DNA from: the human T2T-CHM13v2.0 reference genome, Homo sapiens
DNA: 64,000 nt
NCBI RefSeq assembly: GCF_009914755.1
Contig: NC_060936.1
Strand: one strand, 5' to 3'
In this document: in pieces, positions 17,397 to 30,894 of the stretch
Numbering within the stretch: the first letter of the stretch is position 1
How the letters are laid out: each line of letters starts with the position of its first letter
Translations under genes and position numbers: made by a program
Notes under the pieces: model-generated
What the model saw: only the letters and a program-made list of their open reading frames with translations
What the model was told of the DNA's origin: nothing
The model's database searches: none

Positions 17397-18907
17397 TAAT
17401 TCTAACATAAAATGCTATTCTATAAAAAAAAGTATTTTGTGCCTTAGCTAAATTGCTATAGTGAAAAAAAGTCACATCTCACTGTGACACATTAGTGTAT
17501 TTAAGATAATTATTGAGTTGGTATTTAAAAAGAAAAATAATTTTATAAGTAAACACAAATCCAGATAATGAAGTTACAGTTATAGAAGGGTATACCTTTT
17601 GGAGTTTGCTATTTATTTTAAATAATTTAAAAGTGTGTTTATTTGTTGCATGTTGACTTGCAATAGGAATCCCTTTACAAATTTGCATCAATAAGATTTA
17701 AATTTCATTTTTTCAGCAATATGATAAACTCGGTTGTGAGAGAAACCCTTTCCAGTGCAATTTATACTAAAATGATGCATAATAGAGGAAGACAATTTGC
17801 CACTCTCTTCATTGGTTCTGAGCAGAAAGCAGACAGTATCTCCTCTTCAAATCCCTAACCACCTCTCTCAACTGGCTTGGGGCCTAAAACTACACTGCTT
17901 ATGTGGCTTCCCAAACTGCAGGCCATAACTTTGAGTTACAGCTGCCCTAAGTTGATAATGTTCTCAAGTGCCTGGCGGAAGCAAACATGAACTGTCACTG
18001 AGAGAATTTGCTTTAAACACAACCTTCAAATAAGTTCCACTCATGAAATTCTAAGGAACAAAGGCTCAAAATAAGAACTTACTAAACACTTGAGGAGGCC
18101 AACTTTCCTGAGCAAAGTTCAGCTGAGACAATAAACTGCAGATTAAGGACTTCCAAGAATGCAGAGTTTAGAATTATCAGATAAAGATTATAAAATATTT
18201 AATATGTTCAAATAAGTATAAGAGTAAGTGGAAAGTAATGCTAAGAAAAAGAGACTATCAAAACTGACTAGAAAGATTTTTAAAATTAAAAACAAATAGA
18301 ATTTTTGAAAATAAAAAATCATAATTGAAATTAGAAATTAAGTGTATGAATTCAATAGGAGAAATGATCAGCTAAAGAGAGTACTAGTGGACTGGAAGAT
18401 AGAAGTGAAGAAATCATAAATTGTAGGACAGAGAGAGAATGAGATGGAAAACAGCAGAGACTAGCAAAAAGAGCAGTCAGAGTGATAAGGTTCAACTTAA
18501 ATCTTGCAAGAGTTCCAAAATAAGAAAATAAAGAAAATAGGAAAGAGGCAGTATTAAAATAGATAATGGCTAAGAAATATCCTTAGTTAATGAAAGAAAT
18601 CAATTTTCAGGTTAAAGAAGTGTAATAAATCTCAAGTACAATGAATAAAAGAGAAAAAACAAAAATCCCCAATCCAAAAGTCTAAAGTCAAATAAAAAAA
18701 ACAATGAAAATGGAAAAATCAAGAGAAATAGAAAATCCAAAGTGGAAAATAAAAAGATAGAGATAAATCCAAATATGTCCATTATTATAGACAGTACAAA
18801 CTAGTTAAGAGGCAAAGATTGTCAAACTGAGAAAGTCCAGTTATACATTATTTAAAAGAGACACATCTAAAACATTAAGACGTGAGAAAGTTGAAAGTAA
18901 AATGATG

Positions 18908-19080
18908 GGCCAGGCATGGTGGTGGCTCACACCTATAATCCTAGCACTTTGGGAGGCTGAGGTGGGAGGATTGCTTGAGGTCAGGAGTTTGAGAACAGCT
19001 TGGGCAACATAACAAAACCCGATCTCTACAAGAAATTACATAAATAACATTTTTAAAAGTAAAAATAAGAAAAGGAAAAG
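18908..19080 (+). mobile_element. FLAM/Alu left monomer with A-rich tail
   Basis: GGCCAGGCATGGTGGTGGCTCACACC...GATCTCTACAAGAAA. TSD AAAATGATG at 18899-18907 and 19081-19089. Confidence 0.85.
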
Positions 19081-19109
19081 AAAATGATGAAAAAAGATTT
19101 ACCAGACAA

Positions 19110-19300
19110 CGGTGGAAGAGAACAGGAAAAGGGGAGGGCAAAGGAAGGAAGAGAGATTGTGGGAAAAAGAAGACGGGAAAGAGAAAAAGAAGAGGATGAA
19201 AAGGAGGAGGAGAGGGAGAGAGGGAACGGATAAGGAAGTGAAAGGGAAAGATAAAGAGAAGGAGGAGGCAGGGAAGTGTGGGGAAGAGAAAGAAGAAAGT
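19110..19300. repeat. GA-rich low-complexity purine tract
   Basis: About 190 bp that is almost all A and G on the plus strand. Confidence 0.85.
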
Positions 19301-19374
19301 AAATATCGCTTTTAGCTAGACATAAAGAAGGCCACTACGTGCTGATAAAAGGTTTAATTCTCCAGAGGATGGAT

Positions 19375-19544
19375 AGAGTCACCAGCAAATAAAAATACAG
19401 AACATCCAGTTAAATTTTAATTTTAGAAAAATAACATATTTTCTTGGGTATAAGTTTGTCCCAAATATTGCATGACATACTCATATTAAAAAATTATTCA
19501 TTGCTTACCTTAAATTGAAATAGCCTTATATTATTTGCATCCCT
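19375..19544. mobile_element. MER53 palindromic MITE
   Basis: CAGCAAATAAAAATACAGAACATCCAGTTAAATTT...TATAAGTTTGTCCCAAATATTGCATGACATACTCATA...CATCCCT matches the MER53 consensus. Confidence 0.8.
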
Positions 19545-21846
19545 GGAAGATGAATGTAACTCCTAACAGCCTCAAAACATACGGAGTAAATATTAATAGA
19601 ACTACAAAGAAGAATTGATAAATTTGCCATAATTGTGGGTGATTTTTAACACATCCTTAGGTATTTGGCAAGTATTCAAGCTTATTCTAATGAACATCCA
19701 TATAATGTTATACACAAAAAGGTATAATACACATTTTTTAATGTCCAAATGGAACATTTACAAAATTTGATCACCTACAAGATCACATAACAAGTCTCCG
19801 TAAATTTCAATCAATTTCTATTTAAATTCTATTACAGAATATATTCTTTGATTTTAATGTAAAGAAGTTTCAAACCATTAATAATAAAAGAAAAACTGTG
19901 TACATTTGGAAATCAAAATAAGGCCTATCATTTAGGAAAAGACAATTATAAGAGAAATTAGAAAATACTTGAAATTGAATGATTTTTAGAAACCCACATA
20001 CTAAAACTTGAGAAATATGGCTAAAATAGCATTTTGAAGGAGATCTATGGCCTAAAATGTTTATGTTAGAGAAGAAAAAAGGCCAAAAACGGTGAGATAA
20101 GTATTCAACTTAAGTAGTTAGAGAAATGACAACAGAATGCATGCAAAGAAAGCAAAAGGAAAGAAAAAATAAAGATGAGTGAAGTGAAATAAAATGCAAA
20201 TCAAAGATCTAATAGATCAACAAAGCCAAAAACTGGCTCCTAGGAAAAACTCATACAATTGATACAACTTTAACAAAATCAATAAAAAGGAGTGAAAGCA
20301 CTAACAAAATGTATTAAGAGATGAAACAGTGATTATAACTTCCAATAAATCAAAGGTTTAAAGGATAGTTAAGTAGTATATGACAACAAATATGAAAACT
20401 TTAGAGAAAAAATTTTCTAGAAAAACATAACTTTCTAATACTAACAACAAAAGAAAATACTTGAATTATTTTGCATTATATGGAATTATTTTATATGAAA
20501 ATTGATTAATAGTGAAAGTCTTCTCCATTAAGAAGAAAATAGGTCTAGGAGGTATACTGAAACAAAATTCCAATATTATTTATACTCCCTTAGAATATAC
20601 TTAGAATACTCCATAACTTTTAAGTATTAATATACTTAGAACACTCCCTAACTTTGATACTGAAATCAAAGACAATGTAAGAGAATAAATTACAGGTCAA
20701 GTTCATTCATGACATAATTGCAAATATTAGCAACCCAAACATAGTAAAAAGTAAAAATGATAATATATAACGAACAAGTTGGATTTAACCCAGAAATGCA
20801 AAGTTAGTTCAACATTAGAAAGAATATTAATATAACTCATGGCATAAACACAGTAAATAGAAAATAAAGATATAATCATCACAATACTCAAAAATTGCAT
20901 ATGTGAAAACTTAAAAATTACAAAAAAACTGACTGAAAAACTTATACCTAAAAATGATACAGTAAAAGCATTTCCATTATTTAAGAGAACAATAAGAATT
21001 TCCGTCAACATTGTACTGGATTTCTTAGAAAAAGAATAAAATATGTAAAGATTAAAGAGACAGAAACCCTACTGCCTTTATTCACGGAGGTATATACATA
21101 ACATTTGCAGAGAATGATTTTGATTATATTTACCATTAGAATTAATAGAAGTTTAGCCTAATTGCTGAATTTATGATCAGTTTATCAAAGTTAAATAATA
21201 CCCATATAATTTCACTAAATAGTTGGAAATATATGTTTTAAAATCATTTATGACAACAACTAAAAATATATGTCTGTATCTAACAAATATACATGAAATC
21301 ATAAGAGTTATTGAAATAAAGACCTTTATTTATAGTATATGTGGGGAGTATATTTCATTGACTGTAAGAGTGAATCCTATAAAGATGTCAGTTCTCCCCA
21401 AGCTGATCTCTAGATTTAATGCAACTTCATTTAAAATCTTGACTCCTTCTCTAACTTGAAAAGCTACATATGACATTATATATTAAAAAATAGCAAGGAA
21501 ATCTAAGACACTCCTTTAAAAAGTTGGGCAAAATGACTTGCCTTACCAGATATCAAGAGCTATCACAAAGCTATGATTTAAGCAATACATTATGGGTGTA
21601 AGAATAGATTAATAGGTGACAAGAATTGAATATAAATCGAAGAAACAGATTCACAGATAAATGAAAAATTGAAATGTTAATAGAGATGGCATTGCAGATC
21701 AGCAAAGAAAATAATATATTCCAGAAATGGTTCTGGGGCAACTGGTTATGAATATGAGACACATGAAATTAGATCTCTACACCATATACAAAATTCAATT
21801 CCAATGTATCAAAAACTCAAATGTGAAAGGCAAAACTTTAAAACTT

Positions 21847-21944
21847 TTGAACCCGGGAGGTGGAGGTGTGAGTGAGCCAAGATCGCACCACTGCACTCCA
21901 GCCTGGGCAACACACACAGTGAGACTTAGTCTCAAAAAAAAAAA
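21847..21944 (+). mobile_element. 5'-truncated Alu (3' end of the right arm)
   Basis: TTGAACCCGGGAGGTGGAGG...CCACTGCACTCCAGCCTGGGCAAC...poly(A), inserted in L1 ORF2. Confidence 0.9.
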
Positions 21945-23237
21945 CCGTTTAGAAGAAAATGTGTGAGAGTATCTTCATCAATTTTTGATAAGCTTAAGTC
22001 ATTTGGAAAAAATAAAAAAGAATATATTTATCACTTCCTACTAGGAAAACTTTCTCAAACAGCATAAAATGTGCCAACAGCATAAAATGTACAAACCACC
22101 AAGGAGTAATTAATACTTATTAAAATGAGTTAATATACTACATTAAAATAAACTTTTATTATTCAAAGACATTGAAAACAGTCAAAAGATAAACACAAAG
22201 CTGGTAGAAAATATTTGCAATGCAAATAATGGCCAAAGGAATGGTATCTAGAATATACAAAGTCCTGAGACAATTTTTTAAAAATGCCAATCCAGTAGAA
22301 ATATATCAGCGAAATATGTGGCTAAGTACTTAACAGAAGAGGTCAATAATGATAGGAAGAGCTGATTAAAGCTAATGTAAAAGTGTGTAATACAAAGAGT
22401 TGCTCATTAGTAATCAGGGAAATGCCTATTAAAACCAAAAAGTGATACCGTTGCACACATACCACCAGAAGGGTAAAAGCTTAAAAGTCTCAAAATATCA
22501 AATATTGGCAGGTAGGCTGGGTAATAGGTACTTTCAAACATTCTTATATCCTATATCCCAACAATCCCATTTCTGGTCATATACTCCAAAGAAACCCTGG
22601 CATATGTGCCCAAAGAGACATGTTTCAGAACATTCATTAAACTCTTTGCTTTCATAGTAAGAGAGAAAAACAATTCTGTTACCTAAATTATATAGTACTA
22701 AAAATAGATAGGCACAGACAATAATGATTTAAACAATAATGTATTATTTTAATTACAGCCGGATATTTTATAAGTTATTTTTAATTTGCTCTGCTGATAG
22801 AAAATAAAAGTGTGGAGGTTCAAGATGTAGCAACTTGCCTCAAATGGTTAAGTAAATTAGCAATTCAACTTATCACCAAGCTATGGTTTCATCTTTCTGT
22901 GCTCTTTTCTTCAGATCTCACAGTCTTCCAACCAAGTCACTAATTTAGTAATTTTCAGTTCTCTTAATAGGATATTTTTAAGTGTCCATGCATGTTTCAA
23001 GATATTGCTGACTCCATCAACAGTTTTTTATTTCATTACTCAGGGTGAAGATGGCATATGTTTGGTTGTATTAACATATTCTTAATTATTTTCCTTAAAA
23101 ACTGAAATAAAACCCACAGGGAAAAACAGATGCTTAAATAGACCAGGTAGTAACCCAATCTGGCAGACAGTGAAATTTTAGAAGTACTATTCTCCCACTT
23201 GCCATGCCTGATTAGGAATGGGAGGAAAGAAAATTAA

Positions 23238-23480
23238 CATTCATTGATCATCTACTATGTTCCAGATGCTTTGCTTTCAATACTTCGTTTAACCCGGAGA
23301 AACCCGAAAGGTGGGCATTATTTCATCTGGTTTGCTGAAGAAGAAGCAGAGATATAGTGACAGAGAGAGTGAGAGCAGGAGAGAGAGAGAGAGAGATTTC
23401 TTTCTTTCATTCCCAAGGATCCATCTACTAGGTGGTAAAGCTGGGAACCCAGGTCACTCTGGTCCAATCCTCATGCTTTT
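23238..23480 (-). mobile_element. MIR interrupted by a (GA)n tract
   Basis: CATTGATCATCTACTATGTTCCAG...CCCAAGGATCCATCTACTAGGTGGTAAAGCTGGG, with GA repeats at about 23362-23396. Confidence 0.6.
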
Positions 23481-24098
23481 TTCTTCATGTTGTGCCATCA
23501 AACACAAGGATCTCTATTTGAAGGTCTCATTCAAGCCATTTGGTGTTCAGCTTTAGGATCGATCTATGCTTAAGGTCAAGGCCTAAGTGAGAAGAGGATG
23601 CAGGATGTCTTAGTGACCTCAGCCTCAAAATGTCTCCAAAGCCCCTAAAAAGAGGTGGAAAAGCTAGCTAAGAAGAGAGTGCCTGCCTGGGAGTAACTGA
23701 GGCAAGAGAGGCCTTCCTTTTGCAGAAGCTATGAATAGACAGCCTTGAAACAAAATTCTGCTGGAGGATGAAACTGCATTTCTGGGGACCCCATCACTCT
23801 GGAGAGAATAATTCTGCACTATCTGTGCCATGAGAACAGATGTCAGGCTACCTAGACAGGAATGAGTAGACATAAAGGCAAAAGACCAAGAAGGTTACCA
23901 TGTCTCAGGGAAGGCCAATAAAGACTCAGAGGACACAAGTGAACTCACTGTCTTCACTGCCATGAGCTCTTTCTTGCCCAAAGAGAAGAGAAGGAGCCCT
24001 AAGGGAAAATATGGTGTTTGAAATGAACAAATTGAATTCCTAAATTGATTGAATAATCACTTAAAAAGACTGTCTTAAACCAAAGGCTACATCTTTTG

Positions 24099-24639
24099 AA
24101 ACGATGGTTCATTCTAGGTGTCAACTTGGCTGGACTAAGAAATACCTGAAGAACTGGTAAAACATTGTTTTGGGGTGCATCTGTGCAGGTGTTACCAGAA
24201 TGATTGGTGTGTGAGCCTGAGTGGACTAAGTGGGGAAGGTCTGCCCTTGATGTGGGTGGGTATTGTCTAATCACTGGGGGCCTGGATAGAACAAAAACAG
24301 AAGAAAGGCAAATTGATCTTTTTCTCCCCTGGAACTGGGATACACTCTTTTTCCCCTGACCTTGAATGTCAGGACTCCAGGCTCTCAAGCCAGACTTTAG
24401 ACTCCAGGAATTACACCAGCACCCCTCTCCACTCACCTCCACCTTGTTCTCAGGCCTTCAGACTTAGACTGAGCAACACCACCACTACTGGCATCCCAGG
24501 GTCTCTAGCTTGCAGACAGCCAGTGTGGAACTTCTCAGACCCCATAATTTTCATGAGCCAATTCTCCTAATAAATCTCCTTTCATCTCTCTCTCTCCCTC
24601 TCTCTCCTTCTGTCTCTCTGGAGAACTCTGATTAATACA
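24099..24639 (+). mobile_element. MLT2 (ERVL) solo LTR
   Basis: GATGGTTCATTCTAGGTGTCAACTTGGCTGGACTAAG...CTAATAAATCTCC...GAGAACTCTGATTAATACA. Confidence 0.85.
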
Positions 24640-24749
24640 CTTGACTACAGGTTTTCTGCTACCAAACACAAATGTAGGCTCATGAACAAGGTGAATTTAT
24701 TTCCAAAGAAATAGTTGCATGTCTAGCAAATGATTTGTGCCTATACATT

Positions 24750-24910
24750 TAAAACCCATGATGTAAGCATTATTAATCCCATTTTGTAGATATGAAAATC
24801 AGCACTCAGAGAAGTTAGAGGCATTTTCTATAGCCATAGAGCAAGTAAATGGCAAAGTAGAGGGTTTATTCGATATTCATTTGTTCCAAAGCTCATTCTC
24901 TTTCCACCTC
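24750..24910 (-). mobile_element. MIR
   Basis: ATTATTAATCCCATTTTGTAGATATGAAAATCAGCACTCAGAGAAGTTA is a MIR core. Confidence 0.7.
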
Positions 24911-26559
24911 AGTAAGACCTGATTTTTAAGGGGAAAATGCTGAAGCAGTCTCCCTGCCTCTAGGCCTCCATATTCTAAGGTGTGGGTCTTGTTCTTGTTT
25001 ATGTCTCCTGATGACTGCTGCAGGGCACCCACACGAGGTACATAATGCATATGATCACAGCAGGAAGTCCAGCGTTACTGAAATTTCATTCGAGAACAAC
25101 ACATTCCCTATAATTGTCATATTTGATGACTACTTAGTGAACAAGAACATCTCATTGAAAACAAATGTCAGTCCCATTAAGATATAATTATTCTCTTCTT
25201 CTAGTCTGCTCAAGAAAGAACAGAAACTCTAGACAAATGTGCCTAATTTTGTAAGTTATACACTAACACAAAGCATCCTGCTGTGGGTGCCCTTATTTCC
25301 ATAAAGCCGCATCTCAGCACATAAAAATACAAGCTCCTACAGTGCACACTTTCTTCCATCTCTGGGGGTAAAGGCAGACTCCCCAGTGGGGTGCCTAACT
25401 CAAGAATACAGTGCTATTCCAATCCTAATTAATTTCCAGGGTGTGTCCAGCTCTTCTGATTTTTGCTTTCTATGAGGATGGGGTGCCAGGGAGCCCAGGA
25501 AAGGACTGAAGTGGCTTTTTGGATTCTGGATCTGCTACTATCCATGTCCCCAGTGCCACTGCTCTTATCTACCATGCTCCTACCCCAATACAATCAGCCT
25601 GCTGAGCAGTCTTTCTCTGGCAGAAGGAGGGGTGTGGTCATAAAGAACAATAAAAGTTTTATTAAAAGGGTAACCATACTGTATTTTCTGGAAGAATCCA
25701 TAGTCCATGTTTCTGTTCTGAGTTATACTCATAGTTACATTTGTACTAATCAATATCTGCATCCTGCTTATTGGTTTCCCAATCATAGTATTTTGGAAGA
25801 ATCAGTTGGAGGAGTCGCTGATGAAACTAAAAACAAATTGCATATTGTTTCTAACAAACTCATAAATGGGTTGAGACATGAGGAGTGCCCCAGGGAGGTC
25901 TAATATCTTAGTGCCCCTCCACTGAAATCCCTAAATATGTATTTAGCATTAATGCAGATGTCAGAATGAGTGCAGTTTAGGAGGAAAGACAGAGAGACAG
26001 GACTGCTGGTGGTTTCGGGATTAGCAGCACGTGGTTTCCTGAGCAATTCAGCTCTGGTTCCAAATTTACAAGCATAATCAATGCTATTAACAGAAAAAAA
26101 AGTTCCTAAAAGATAGGCAAGACTGAACTGCTACCACAAAATTTACTAACATCCCTCTTTTTTGAGTGATTTCTATTTCCCTTCTAATGGCAACCCCAGC
26201 TCCAATTTAATCTTACTGTCTTTGGGCCAAAATTGTTAAGATAGCCGGTCATCAAATTGTCTGTATTTCTTGACAGCATCCCATCCAAAACTGGTCCTTG
26301 ATTCCTCAAACTCCTTTCAGAACCAACCGTCAACAGCCCAAATATAGAATAAGCTTCTCCTGAGTGTTCCTTAGTATCTTAACACTCCTGAAGTTTCTCT
26401 GGGTATGGTCTTTCTTGCCTCACTAAATTAATCAACCTAACAAATAAATTTGTGAATACAGGGATGTTCCTGATGACCTTTGGTTAGTGAGTTTGACTCC
26501 GCCTATCTGTCTTAACAGAAAACTTAGCAATCTCTCTAGGACTTTACCTTCTAAGGGTC

Positions 26560-27119
26560 TGTAACTGGATCAAACCCAGCTGCTCACCAGTCAGAGGACG
26601 AAAACACAAGAAGCGAGGTATGGTGAAAGGAAAGCCATTTTATTAATCAAATGCTAGCAATTGGGAACTGACCAGCCTCATGCCTTTAAAAGATCTATCC
26701 AACTTTTGGGGCTGAGTGAAGGGGTTTAAGAAGAAAAACTTGTATAGGAGATGTGGAGGAGTGTTGTAGGGGGGTGCGGGTCTGTATGTTTTGTTCTGAT
26801 AGCTATCTTGAGTAATCGCCTGTCTAGAGATCCCCGTGGTGTCGTCTTGGCTTTGGCCCGGTGGGTGGAGGACTAATTGTTCATAACTCCCCTTAAGTGG
26901 GAAAATTCTGCAGCTGGGCCTATACCTGGTTTGTTTCAAAATTAGCCCCTGGAATTTCTAAGCAAGCACATAATTAGATAAGCATGTACTATGCACGCAA
27001 GTACCTGGTGGACAAAAGAGAAACCAAGAATTTTAACATACAAGGCTACATTTTGAGATTAAGAAAGAAAGGAAAAAAAATTTCAAAATGCATTTTGAAG
27101 TTAAGCTTCTCAGTTTATA
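26560..27119 (-). mobile_element. ERV1/MER4-group solo LTR, family not assigned
   Basis: Termini TGTAAC and GTTTATA. Minus-strand AATAAA near 26640. 4-bp TSD GGTC (26556-26559) / GATC (27120-27123). Confidence 0.65.
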
Positions 27120-27409
27120 GATCCTCTTACCTACCTAAGCATTTTGTACAAGATCGTGCACACTTTGTGAGAAGAGCTCTAATAAACATAATTATCTCCA
27201 CTTCCTCATATTTCTAGAAATATGCTTATGATCCCTATAGACAATAACCTTGGACAATTTCACAGTTACCCTACCCTCAATCTTCTCTCAGATTTCCCCC
27301 TTTCCCTATCCCACAGCCATTGTACATGTACAACAACCCATAGTAATGGATTTAGGATAAGTGGTCTGGTGGATCACATACTCATTCCAAAAGATATCAG
27401 TAACAGGGT

Positions 27410-27922
27410 AGGCTCTGCAGTTTCACAGCTATGTGATTGTGCTAGATTTTCTGTTGACAATCCTATGTTCTGCCTTGAATTACAAGTATTGAAAACATAG
27501 AAACTACGTTTCTCGGATTTCCTCAACAACAGCATTCCTAGTTAGAGTTTTGCTAATAGAAGGCACTCATATTAAATTTAGAAGCAACAGAGAGCCAGAA
27601 GCAATATCATTTCTTTCTGGCATTAGCAGACATACTCAAGAGCTTTGGAAGACAGTTGATATGAGGTTTTCAACTGTCCTCAGATATTCTTCTGTAAGTC
27701 TCTGGCTTTAATGCTGCCAATAGCATTACATCATTGGTGGTAGTTTTCTACAATTTCTGCAACGTTCTGATTCTCTGGAAGTTAGTGCAAGCTTTTCCCA
27801 ATCTTTACTCCCTTAGCACTTGTAAATGATTTTGTAAGCAACTAATATCCTATATTAAACCTCATCTTGATTGAAATACCTAGAGTAGTTCTGTTTTCCT
27901 GACCCAAACTTCCTGACTGAAA
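27410..27922 (+). mobile_element. LTR33-like (ERVL) solo LTR
   Basis: GAAACTACGTTTCTCGGATTTCC and the 3' end AAATACCTAGAGTAGTTCTGTTTTCCTGACC...CTGACTGA. Confidence 0.65.
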
Positions 27923-27925
27923 GAA

Positions 27926-28620
27926 CAAATAAGGTCCAGTACCCAATAGTTAATCAACACTTTTTCTTCCTCCCTCCCTCCTTTCAGTAGTTCCCAGTTT
28001 CTACTGTTGCCATTTTTATGTCCATACATATCCAATATTTAGCTCACTTACAAGTGAGAACATGTGGTATTTAGCTTTCTGTTCTGGTGTTAATTTGCTT
28101 AGGATAATGGCCACCAGCTTCATCCTTATTGCTGCAAAGGACAAGATTTCATTCTTTTTTATGGCTGCATAGTGTTCTATGGTGTATTTGTACCACATTT
28201 TCTTTACCCTATCTACCATTGATGGGCATCTAGGTTGATTCCATGCTTTTGCTAGTGTGAATAGTGCTGCAACGAACATACAAGTGCATGTGGCTTTTTG
28301 GTAGAATGATGTACTTTCTTTTGGATATATACACAGCTGGGTCAAATGGTAGTTCTAAATTCTTTGAGAAATCTCCAAACTGTTTTTCACAGTGGCTGGA
28401 CTAATTTACCTTCCCAAGAACAGCGTAAAGTGTTCCCTTTTCTCTGCAGCCTTGCCAACATCTGTTGTTTTTTGACTTTTTAATAACAGTCATTCTGACT
28501 GGTATGAGATAGTATCTCATTGTGGTTTTGATTTGTATTTCTCTGATTAGTGACATTGAGCATTTTTTCATCTGTTTGTTGGCTGCTTGTATGTCTTCTT
28601 TTGAGAAGTGTCTGTTCATA
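27926..28620 (-). mobile_element. Old L1PA/L1PB 3' fragment
   Basis: ORF2 C-terminal motifs [21 protein letters not shown] (28401..28619) and WNQPRCPSMVDRVKKMW, plus 3' UTR. Confidence 0.9.
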
Positions 28621-29764
28621 TTTTAAAAGGACTTTCAAACACAAAACATAGTAAATTAAATTCTTTGGTGGAATTTAAGTGGCAACATCTGTTTAATGAG
28701 AAATATAAAATTTCTGACTGTTATTGCAGAAGTGATTCATGTATTCATAAAACGAATTGTAGTGGATATCAACTAGCTTAGTTGTTTAGATTTAACTGAC
28801 TGTATTTAAGAGTGATGTAACAATTTTATTTTAAAATGTCCATATTTTCAATGCATAATTATATCCATTGCAATTATTGAAACATAGGGGAAAAATCTTT
28901 AGCTATCAACTTAAAATTATGAGCAGTTGCACAGTTTTACAAATTATTTTAGGAAGTACACAAACCAAAGCTATTCATGGGTATCTTTGACTCTTACCCA
29001 TACCTGCCCATAATAGAAGAGAAAGGCTACTACGAATGGATTCAGAAGGCAAAAATTTCCTTTCCAAAAATCAACAGTCGATTATGGATTCATGTAGATT
29101 AATATATCTTTGTTGAGTTCCAATGCTCCCTTCTCTTTTTCTCATGTTTATCGCTAGCCCAAGCCTTATGCTTGAATTGACTTCTTCCTGTGTCATCTGC
29201 TCTGCTTGCAACTTTAGACACTGACTCTAGTTCTTACACCATTACCCTTCTACTACTAACTAATGTTAGTTAATTGATCTAACTAATGCAGGCTAGTCGA
29301 TCTAACCTGCATTTCCTTCTCAGCTTACATCTCTAAATTTTCCCCACAGGACAATTAGTCAAATCTCAAACATTCTTGCATCTTCCAGGTAGATCTGGTA
29401 CATTGCTCTTTGACTTAGTCTTGCCTTTAGGACTCTTGATAACTTTACACCTGGCCTACGTAAACTCGTGCATTCTCTGATCTGTGTCCTGCATAAATCG
29501 TTCTGCCCAACAGTCTGGCTTCATTCCCAATCCTGATCCATTTTATTTGCCTGCTTTATCACTGCCAAAAATGTGGCATAATAATTAACAGTTATTGATA
29601 ACAGCTGTAGGTTGATGAGAAAAAATAATGCATTATTACTTAGACTTTGTTTGCTTTATATTTCATGTCATAGAAAAGACCTTTAAACTAGCATTTCATA
29701 TAAAGTTCATCTGCTTGGTAGAGTTCTGCTCTGCTTCTTTTTTTTCATTTTTCCTTTTTTACGT

Positions 29765-29905
29765 ATTATTATTATTTAGAGACAGGGTCTCACTATGTTA
29801 CCAAGGCTGGCTGGCCTTGAACTCCTGGGCTCAAATGATCCTCCCACCTCAGCCTCCTAAGTAGCTGGGACTATAGGCACATGGCACATGCCACCACACC
29901 CTGCT
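29765..29905 (-). mobile_element. FLAM_C-like Alu monomer
   Basis: AGAGACAGGGTCTCACTATGTT...CTCCTGGGCTCAAATGATCCTCCCACCTCAGCC. Confidence 0.85.
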
Positions 29906-30240
29906 TGATATGGTTTGGCTGTGTCCCCACCCAAATCTCATCTTGAATTGTAGTTCCCATAATCCCCATGTGTCATGGGAGGGAGCTGGTGGGAGGTAAT
30001 TTAATCATGAGGGCAGTTATCCCCATGCTGCTTTTCTCATTATCATAAGTGAGCTCTCACGAGATCTGATGGTTGTTTTAAGGGGCCATTATGTGAAGAA
30101 GAAGGTGTTTGCTTCCCCTTCCACTGATTGTAAGTTAAGTTCTCTGCCATGTGAAACTGTGAGTCAATTAAACCTCTATCCTTTATACATTACCCAGTCT
30201 TGGGCAGTCTTTTCTAACAGCATGAGAACTGACTAATACA
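29906..30240 (+). mobile_element. THE1 (MaLR) solo LTR
   Basis: TGATATGGTTTGGCTGTGTCCCCACCCAAATCTCATCTTGAATTGTAG...GACTAATACA. 5-bp TSD CTGCT/CTTCT. Confidence 0.92.
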
Positions 30241-30894
30241 CTTCTTGTTTTCTTTTAAAAGGAGGACTTGCAAGACTAACATGGATGTCCAGGCTTCTCT
30301 GGCCAGTTAGCATAGCTGAGATCATAATTATATCAATTACCTAATAGTCAGGCCTGCACACCCCCACCTGCCAGAGTAGCAGCATCCTAGGCCTTCTTGG
30401 GTTTTCCTCTCTCTGAACGCCTCTTAAGGAGTGCTCAAGACCAAGGGTAACAGAGATTTGCTTTTGTCCCACAGTCACACTGTGTTTTCCTTTTCCTCTT
30501 GAGCCACTCTATCCTCTATCGTACTTTCTCTTACCTCTTTCTGTGGCTCTAGAACTTCAGCACTCTCTTGCCTGATGGCACAAGCTGGGGGGTAAAGGTG
30601 GGAGGCAGTAGATGGATATAAAAGACCAGTGCTGCTCTCCCCCAAGTCCCCTCCTTTACCATTGCTTTCCTATGAATATTTTAAAGCAAAAGTAAAATAA
30701 GAATACCTAGGGCTTAATTTTTAAAGAGGGCACCTCATTTTATCCAAACCTCAGTAGGTACAGACCTGCTGCTTGGACAATATCACCTCAGCAGAGGCAA
30801 CACTTCTGATGGCCACACTCCTAAATTTTAGTAAAAATACCTAAGAGGAAGCAATGAACTTCTTGACTACTGAACTTACCAACATAAAGCATGA

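Larger units (their letters stand above)
18050..22660 (+). mobile_element. Long decayed L1M (ORF1 remnant through ORF2), hosting FLAM, MER53 and a truncated Alu
   Basis: A-rich sequence with ORF2-like remnants such as NPIKMSVLPKLISRFNA (21223..21459) and GACTTGCCTTACCAGATATCAAG. Confidence 0.75.

Noticed and set aside
19112-19315. Lys/Glu/Arg-rich 67-aa ORF
   Set aside because: It is the translation of a purine-only low-complexity tract.
22058-22090. Duplicated AACAGCATAAAATGT
   Set aside because: An ordinary small tandem duplication inside a dead L1.
25463-25903. 146-aa ORF in apparently unique sequence
   Set aside because: It starts at TTG, has no recognisable domain and no convincing splice context, so it is compatible with chance.
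26200-26500. Possible old ERVL-type LTR 3' end
   Set aside because: Only a vague resemblance; I could not define termini or family.
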